DNA from: an uncultured Alphaproteobacteria bacterium
GTDB taxonomy: Bacteria; Pseudomonadota; Alphaproteobacteria; Acetobacterales; Acetobacteraceae
Assembly: GCA_963799415.1 (NCBI GenBank)
Contig: CAWCXI010000027.1
Location: forward strand, 2,888-66,887
Length of the DNA stretch: 64,000 nucleotides
Direction of reading: 5' to 3'
Numbering within the stretch: position 1 is the first letter of the stretch; each line of letters begins with the position of its first letter. The notes under the pieces are model-generated. The model made no database searches. It was not told where the DNA came from and worked only from the letters and a program-made list of their open reading frames with translations. Of the stretch, positions 58,665 through 64,000 are shown one piece after another. The position numbers and the translations under genes are program-made.

Positions 58665-59426
58665 CTACTCGGCTGCCGTCACTGGCGCATGTTCACGCAG
58701 GAACGTGTGCACGTGGCGCAATGCCTCGGCAGTCTGATCCTTGGTCTCTTTCCACGGATAGATGCTTACTTGGGAATTCGGCGCGAGACGCGCTGACTCG
58801 ATCGCCACCGCGTACGGATGTGCCGGGACGTCGTCCGGCAGGACCAAAATCGGCGTCTTGCAAGAACGCACGAAATCGCGTGTCACGGTGAAGACGAAGT
58901 CGGCGTTGGCGCGGTACATCTTGTTCAGGAAAGCATCGACCTTCGCCATCGTGATGTCGGGCCTGCGCTCGCACAGCTGCGGGCCCCAGCCTTTGATGTT
59001 GTTCTGATAGAACAGGTCGGGGATCTCCGGCCGGTATCCGCTGGGCTGCGCCAGCACGGCGGCGACAATCCGATCGGGTGCCCGCTTCAGCAGGTTCCAG
59101 ATGAACGGGCCTCCGATGCAGAAGCCCATCACCATGAACTCTCTGATGCCCAGATGGTCCATCAGGCCAAGCTGGTCGTCGGCGTAGGCGTCCCATGGCC
59201 GGTCGATCTCGAGCGGACCCGACGACTGGCCGCCGTTGGCGTTGCGGAGGTCCATAGTGATGCAGCGGTACTCGTTCTTGAACTCCTCCATCGCATTGAA
59301 CGGCCCGAAACCGGTGAGGGAGGAGATGTTCGAATTCAGCCCGCCACCGGGGATGAACAATACAGGAAAGCCGGAGCCGGCCTCTGCGTAGTGGATGCGG
59401 ACGTCGCCTCTTTCATAGAACGGCAT
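58665..59426 (-). CDS. alpha/beta hydrolase fold protein with Cys at the nucleophile elbow
   Basis: 253 aa. HYAEAGSGFPVLFIPGGG, and the elbow reads GFCIGG instead of GxSxG. Confidence 0.7.
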   Translation of the reverse strand: MPFYERGDVRIHYAEAGSGFPVLFIPGGGLNSNISSLTGFGPFNAMEEFKNEYRCITMDLRNANGGQSSGPLEIDRPWDAYADDQLGLMDHLGIREFMVMGFCIGGPFIWNLLKRAPDRIVAAVLAQPSGYRPEIPDLFYQNNIKGWGPQLCERRPDITMAKVDAFLNKMYRANADFVFTVTRDFVRSCKTPILVLPDDVPAHPYAVAIESARLAPNSQVSIYPWKETKDQTAEALRHVHTFLREHAPVTAAE

Positions 59427-59451
59427 TGCAGTTCCTCCTTTGGGGTTGCGC

Positions 59452-60327
59452 TCAGGCTGTTCGCACGAACTTGTCGACGCTGCGGTCCACGGTCAATCCG
59501 GCGTATATGTCGCCGTGCGAATCAACGCCGACGCCGTGGACGTGGCGGCTTTCCATGCGCGCGAGTACATTTCCCCCTGCATCGCGCACGCAGACATACG
59601 CCGGCTTGCCGCCGTCCTCCTGCTCGGCGATGTAGTAATTGCCGTCCTTGCCGCGCGTGATGTCGTTCGGGCCGCCCATGCAGGTCCACACGCCAAGATA
59701 GTCGCCGTCGGGTGAGAAGATCTGGATGCGCTTGTTCGTCCGATCGGCCACGTAAAGCCTGCCTTCAGCATCGAACGCGATGCTGTGCGGCAAATGGAAT
59801 TCACCTGGCGCCTTGCCTGGCGTGCCCCACGACGTGACGAGCCGGCCGTCGCGTGTGAAGCGATGCACACGCGAGTTGCGATAGCCGTCGGTCACGTAGA
59901 TGTCGCCGTTGGGATGTGCCATCATCTCGGTCGGATGATTGAACGGCCCTGCCGCGCGTTCCGCGAGCCAGGGGGAGCCGGTACATCCGGTGTCGGAGTG
60001 CACGCCGCGCTCACCGAGCTGCAGCAGGGGTTTGCCATCAAGCGTGAACGACTTCGCGACCGAGTCGGAACGATCGGTGGTATAGACGACGTCGTCGACG
60101 ATCTTCAGACCATGCGGGTCCGTGACCTCGCCGCTACCCCAGGCGCCGAGGTACTTCCCGTCGCGGTCGAACACCACGACCGGAGGGTCCTTGCGCTGGA
60201 AGACATAGACGCGGTCCTGTGAATCGGTCGCCACCCGGCTGACCAGCCCGAACCTTTCTCCGCCGGGCAGTTTGAGGAAATCGCGTACCAGCTCGTAGGT
60301 CTGCTCGCCCGTGCCAACTTGTGCCAT
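59452..60327 (-). CDS. NHL-repeat / six-bladed beta-propeller protein
   Basis: 291 aa with repeated DGxxYVxD-type blades (RVYVFQ, DIYVTDG, RLYVADR, NYYIAEQ, DIYAG). Confidence 0.7.
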   Translation of the reverse strand: MAQVGTGEQTYELVRDFLKLPGGERFGLVSRVATDSQDRVYVFQRKDPPVVVFDRDGKYLGAWGSGEVTDPHGLKIVDDVVYTTDRSDSVAKSFTLDGKPLLQLGERGVHSDTGCTGSPWLAERAAGPFNHPTEMMAHPNGDIYVTDGYRNSRVHRFTRDGRLVTSWGTPGKAPGEFHLPHSIAFDAEGRLYVADRTNKRIQIFSPDGDYLGVWTCMGGPNDITRGKDGNYYIAEQEDGGKPAYVCVRDAGGNVLARMESRHVHGVGVDSHGDIYAGLTVDRSVDKFVRTA

Positions 60328-60454
60328 TGCTGTCCTCCTCCCGTAACCAGGAGACTTTACTCCGGCAGCACCGCTTGAGATAGCGCGCCGGCCAGCATGG
60401 CCATGGCCGGCCGAGCCTATGCCACCGCGTGCAAGGCGGACGGATAAGGTGTCT

Positions 60455-61090
60455 TCACCGACCGCGCATCATTACACGAAGCGTCCAGACGACGACCTGG
60501 GCAAGGACCTTGCCGACGGCCGTGTCGAATGCATCTACAATGCTGGCGAGATCGTTGTGAGCCGCAGACGCTTGCTCATTTACGTGTATGCCGTCGATTA
60601 TGTGGTGATCCGGCATCTTGACCAGCTTGGCGACCAAGCTCACCGTCACTGTCGGCAGCTCGCTCCCTGCCTCACCATAGCGTGCCTCGAATTCGCGCAG
60701 ATCCGTCTCGAGCAAATAATCAGGGGTGAGGCCACTCGAATCACGTCCGACCCCTATGATGCGGCCGCTATCCTCGAATGCGCGGATCAACAATCCCTGC
60801 AGGAGTACAGGGGTGCGATCGGTCCAGCTCGCACCCGCGAAATAATCTAGCGTTGTACGATTGCGCGTCAAAGCGATGCGGTCCGTGTCGAGGCTTTGTG
60901 GAGAAATCGGCAGGACAATCACAAGCTGCTGATGGATAGGCCGCTGATTCGGCGCAGCAGCCTCTGTTTGAGGCACCAACCGATAGAGCCGCGGCGCGGG
61001 TTGGACGAACAACGAGCTGCACCCAGTGAGGGGCATCACGCACGCAGCGAAACTGAGCACTCTGCGGCGTGACGGGACCGGCGGCCTCAT
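60455..61090 (-). CDS. ABC-type transport auxiliary lipoprotein (DUF330/PqiC-like)
   Basis: Lipobox LTGC. Its start overlaps the MlaD-like stop (ATGA). Last gene of the Mce-type operon. Confidence 0.65.
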   Translation of the reverse strand: MRPPVPSRRRVLSFAACVMPLTGCSSLFVQPAPRLYRLVPQTEAAAPNQRPIHQQLVIVLPISPQSLDTDRIALTRNRTTLDYFAGASWTDRTPVLLQGLLIRAFEDSGRIIGVGRDSSGLTPDYLLETDLREFEARYGEAGSELPTVTVSLVAKLVKMPDHHIIDGIHVNEQASAAHNDLASIVDAFDTAVGKVLAQVVVWTLRVMMRGR

Positions 61091-62028
61091 CTCGGTGTGT
61101 ATCCCTCGCGGTGATCGCCGAACAGAAAACGGCTAGGATCACGCTCCAGTGCCATCGATACACGGCTGAGGCTAGAGATCAGGCGTCGCGCATCACCTAA
61201 GAGTTCATCTAACTGCACGACGCCGTTGGTCGTGAGATCATGCAATCCGGGCTTGCTGGCTAGCACGACTGCGTCGAGATCGGCTGCCAATTTAGTCGCC
61301 TGACCCACTGCATCGTTTGCCGTGAGTACCAGTCGATCGGCGTGGTCAGACGTGCCTTCGAGTTTGCCGAGCATGGTCTTCAACGACGTGCTGGCAGCTG
61401 CCAAGTTGTGCATGGTCTGGTCGCTATCGGTGATGAGCTGGTCGATGTCCCGAGTGCGCCGCGCGAAGACGCCGGTAGTGTCCCGGATGTTGACGAGAAC
61501 TTCAGCAATCGCCTCGCGGTCCCTGTCATCGAGAACCGCTGCGATCCGATCCGAGATCAGGAGAAGCCTTGCCAGGAGTTCCGGCGCATTATTGAATACC
61601 TCCTGGAGCGAAGATGGCCGCGAGGTTATGGTCGGATACTGCTGTCCCTCTGCAACCACGAGTGGTGGCGAGCCAAGTGTCCCTCCTGAGATTTCGACGT
61701 AGCTGACGCCCGTCAGTCCCAGCGTTTCAATCGACGCCATCGCATCAGTACGGATCTCAACCGTGTTTCGGACTTGTAGGATGAGCCTCACAAGTTGTGG
61801 ATCTTTTGGATCAAGCTCGATTCGGGTGACGCGCCCGATCTCGATGCCGTTCAGGCGCACCAGTGCACCGGACCCCAGGCCAGTCACAGGCCCCGCAACA
61901 TGTGTCTCATAATATTTGTACTCCGTTTCGAACTGTACGCGAGCTAGCCACATCACCGTGACAAATACGCCAGCCAGCACTGCCAGGACAAAAGCCCCAA
62001 CTGCAACATAGTTTGCCCGCGTTTCCAT
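61087..62028 (-). CDS. MlaD/Mce family substrate-binding protein
   Basis: Start METRANYVAVGAFV (62028), a TM anchor, then the MCE domain (VRLNGIEIGRVTRIEL). Confidence 0.8.
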   Translation of the reverse strand: METRANYVAVGAFVLAVLAGVFVTVMWLARVQFETEYKYYETHVAGPVTGLGSGALVRLNGIEIGRVTRIELDPKDPQLVRLILQVRNTVEIRTDAMASIETLGLTGVSYVEISGGTLGSPPLVVAEGQQYPTITSRPSSLQEVFNNAPELLARLLLISDRIAAVLDDRDREAIAEVLVNIRDTTGVFARRTRDIDQLITDSDQTMHNLAAASTSLKTMLGKLEGTSDHADRLVLTANDAVGQATKLAADLDAVVLASKPGLHDLTTNGVVQLDELLGDARRLISSLSRVSMALERDPSRFLFGDHREGYTPR

Positions 62029-62039
62029 GCTGCAGTCTC

Positions 62040-62816
62040 CTATTGGGTCGCCAAAGCTGCTCGCCCTCGTGCGCCGGTAAAGTACTCGTGAATCCACGGA
62101 TGGGGCTCATGAACCAAACTGGCGATTGTGCCGACCTTGATCTTGCGATCCACCAGCACCGCGATGCGATCGGTCGTCGCCCGAAGTGTGTCTATATCGT
62201 GGGTCACCATGAAGACGGTCAGACGAAGACTCTGCTGTAGGTCGCGTACGAGCTCGTCAAATTGGGTCGCGGCGATGGGATCCAGACCAGCGGTTGGTTC
62301 GTCGAGAAACAAGAGTTCTGGATCAAGCGCGAGCGCACGCGCGAGGCCAGCGCGTTTGCGCATGCCGCCAGACAACTCCGAGGGATAGTTTCTGGCAGAA
62401 TCGGGCGGTAATCCCACCATGCTAAGCTTGACCGACGCGATCTCATCCATCAGCTGCTGCGGCAAGTCAGTGTGCTCGCGAAGCGGAAGTTGGATGTTCT
62501 GTGCTACTGTCTGATCACTGAACAGCGCGCCATCTTGGAACAGGACGCCCCAACGGATTTGCAGCCGTACGAGTTCATCGCCACTGAGGCTGGCTATGTT
62601 TTGCCCCAGCACCTCAACGCTGCCCTCGGCTGGCCGCTGCAGTCCAACGATCGACCGTAGGAGAACCGATTTCCCGGTGCCGGAGCCGCCGACCACGCCC
62701 AAGATCTCTCCGCGCAAAACGTCAAGGTCAATGTGGTCATGAAGAACTCGGTCGCCGATGCGGGTCACCAGCCCACGCATGCGGATGACGGAGGGAGCTG
62801 TAGTGCCGGCGCTCAT
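62040..62816 (-). CDS. ABC transporter ATP-binding protein (MlaF-like)
   Basis: GGSGTGKSV, LSGGMRKR and LFLDEPT. Its start overlaps the permease stop. Confidence 0.85.
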   Translation of the reverse strand: MSAGTTAPSVIRMRGLVTRIGDRVLHDHIDLDVLRGEILGVVGGSGTGKSVLLRSIVGLQRPAEGSVEVLGQNIASLSGDELVRLQIRWGVLFQDGALFSDQTVAQNIQLPLREHTDLPQQLMDEIASVKLSMVGLPPDSARNYPSELSGGMRKRAGLARALALDPELLFLDEPTAGLDPIAATQFDELVRDLQQSLRLTVFMVTHDIDTLRATTDRIAVLVDRKIKVGTIASLVHEPHPWIHEYFTGARGRAALATQ

Positions 62817-63970
62817 ATACCGAGCACTGAGAAAAGTATCGAAAAGATCGCATCCGCGACGATGACCAGGAAGATGGATTCGACCACGGCAAGCGTCGTG
62901 AGCTTGCCAACGCTGGCCGCGTTGCGTTCTACATGCAGTCCCTGGTAGCAGCCAACGAGGCCAATTATAAAGGCGAATACCGGCGCCTTGATAAGGCCGA
63001 CCCAGAACGTCCAACCAACGACCGCGTCGCGAAGCTGATGCAAGAACGCTGGGATCGTTATACTGAGGTCAATATAGCACATGACCATGCCCCCCAGCAG
63101 GCCCATGATATTGGAATAGAATGTCAAGAGAGGCAGGGTCACCAAAAGGCCGAAAAGGCGCGGGAGCACCAGCACTTCGATATTGCTAAGGCCAGAGATC
63201 TCGATCGCATCAAGCTCCTCGTTCACCTTCATCGTGCCAATGTGCGCCGTGAAGGCCGAGCCGGAGCGCCCTGCGACTATGATGGCAGCCATTAGCCCGC
63301 CAAGTTCGCGGAGGATGCCGACGCCGAGCAGGTTGACCGTAAACACCTCCACTCCAAATTGGCGCAGTTGATCGGCCCCCTGATAGGCAACGACGACACC
63401 GATGAGGAACGACAGCAGACCGACGATCGGCAGGGCGTTCACACCCGTCTCCTCAATCTGGTGAAGGAGGGCCGCAACGCGCAACCGGCTTGGTTGCAAA
63501 ATAGTGGTAACCGTGGCTAATACGACGAGGCCGAAGAAGCCGACCAATGCGTACGCTTGGTGAAGTGCGTGAAAGAGGCCGCGGCCGATACGTTCTAACC
63601 GGTCGGTGAAGGTGTGCGGTCGCGGCAACTGGACTGGTGGCGCCCTGCACTCGTGATCTATGGTGTGGACGAGAGCCCTGTATTCCTCACGCACATTGAT
63701 GGCCTGAACCTCCAGACCTTCGTGTTCGAGGACGCGCTTGGTGCGCAACAGCAGCCAGGCGCCGACGGTATCAAGCCGCTCGAGCGCTCCGCAGTCGATC
63801 ATAATCCGTGCATGGCCCCGAGGATCGAGAGCCCTTAACATCGGATCGAGCTGGCGTGCTTCGCTGATTATCCAGGAACCACCGACAATCAAGCGAAGGA
63901 TATCTCCCTCGTATTCGGTACGATACCATGCTGCGGCTGCAGATCGCGGTCGTTGTATTACTACGGCCAT
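62813..63970 (-). CDS. MlaE-family ABC permease with N-terminal STAS-like domain
   Basis: 385 aa. The N-terminal ~110 aa are soluble (LERLDTVGAWLLL), followed by an MlaE-like TM core. Confidence 0.8.
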   Translation of the reverse strand: MAVVIQRPRSAAAAWYRTEYEGDILRLIVGGSWIISEARQLDPMLRALDPRGHARIMIDCGALERLDTVGAWLLLRTKRVLEHEGLEVQAINVREEYRALVHTIDHECRAPPVQLPRPHTFTDRLERIGRGLFHALHQAYALVGFFGLVVLATVTTILQPSRLRVAALLHQIEETGVNALPIVGLLSFLIGVVVAYQGADQLRQFGVEVFTVNLLGVGILRELGGLMAAIIVAGRSGSAFTAHIGTMKVNEELDAIEISGLSNIEVLVLPRLFGLLVTLPLLTFYSNIMGLLGGMVMCYIDLSITIPAFLHQLRDAVVGWTFWVGLIKAPVFAFIIGLVGCYQGLHVERNAASVGKLTTLAVVESIFLVIVADAIFSILFSVLGI

Positions 63971-64000
63971 GGTGTCACCGGAACTATTCGGCTGTGTCGG

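Overview
High-GC (mid-60s % by eye) alphaproteobacterial chromosomal segment. Gene content and repeat types recall Bradyrhizobium/Rhodopseudomonas-type genomes; this is inference from memory, not a search. No rRNA, tRNA or CRISPR array was found. Layout: (1) 1-10.4 kb is an accessory patch with two divergent phage terminase remnants, unassigned phage-like ORFs, a 400-bp structured repeat-bearing spacer, a divergently arranged PIN/RHH pair, and lower-GC genes for unknown proteins. (2) 10.9-13.6 kb holds an IorAB-type molybdenum hydroxylase whose small-subunit gene is decapitated by an IS21-family element with definable inverted repeats. (3) 13.6-19.3 kb is an IS junkyard: IS21, an emrB fragment, a scrambled second iorB copy, an IS110 fragment, a truncated IS630, and an HTH gene with an in-frame stop. 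(4) 19.5-31.7 kb carries metabolic and transport genes: CoA-transferase, a NitT/TauT-type ABC operon, ABC-F, tandem MetE-like paralogs, a vWA protein and typA. (5) 32.8-35.7 kb is a lower-GC pocket with a stand-alone PD-(D/E)xK + DUF2075/Schlafen-type helicase gene, my best candidate for an undescribed defence-type function. (6) 35.8-40.3 kb: bfd-like, mgtC, VOC, a solute-binding protein and adenosine kinase. (7) 40.3-41.6 kb: a defective IS110-family element sitting in a REP-like palindrome, with a long 3' hairpin. (8) 41.7-60.3 kb: housekeeping and metabolic genes (hslVU, metZ, apaG, folE and others). (9) 60.4-64 kb: a Mla/Mce-type ABC operon. At least 20 single-base frame disruptions occur, strongly clustered (six in hslU). 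They look more like local sequence/assembly indel errors than old pseudogenes, and this limits all pseudogene calls. All family assignments come from reading the translations; no database search was run.
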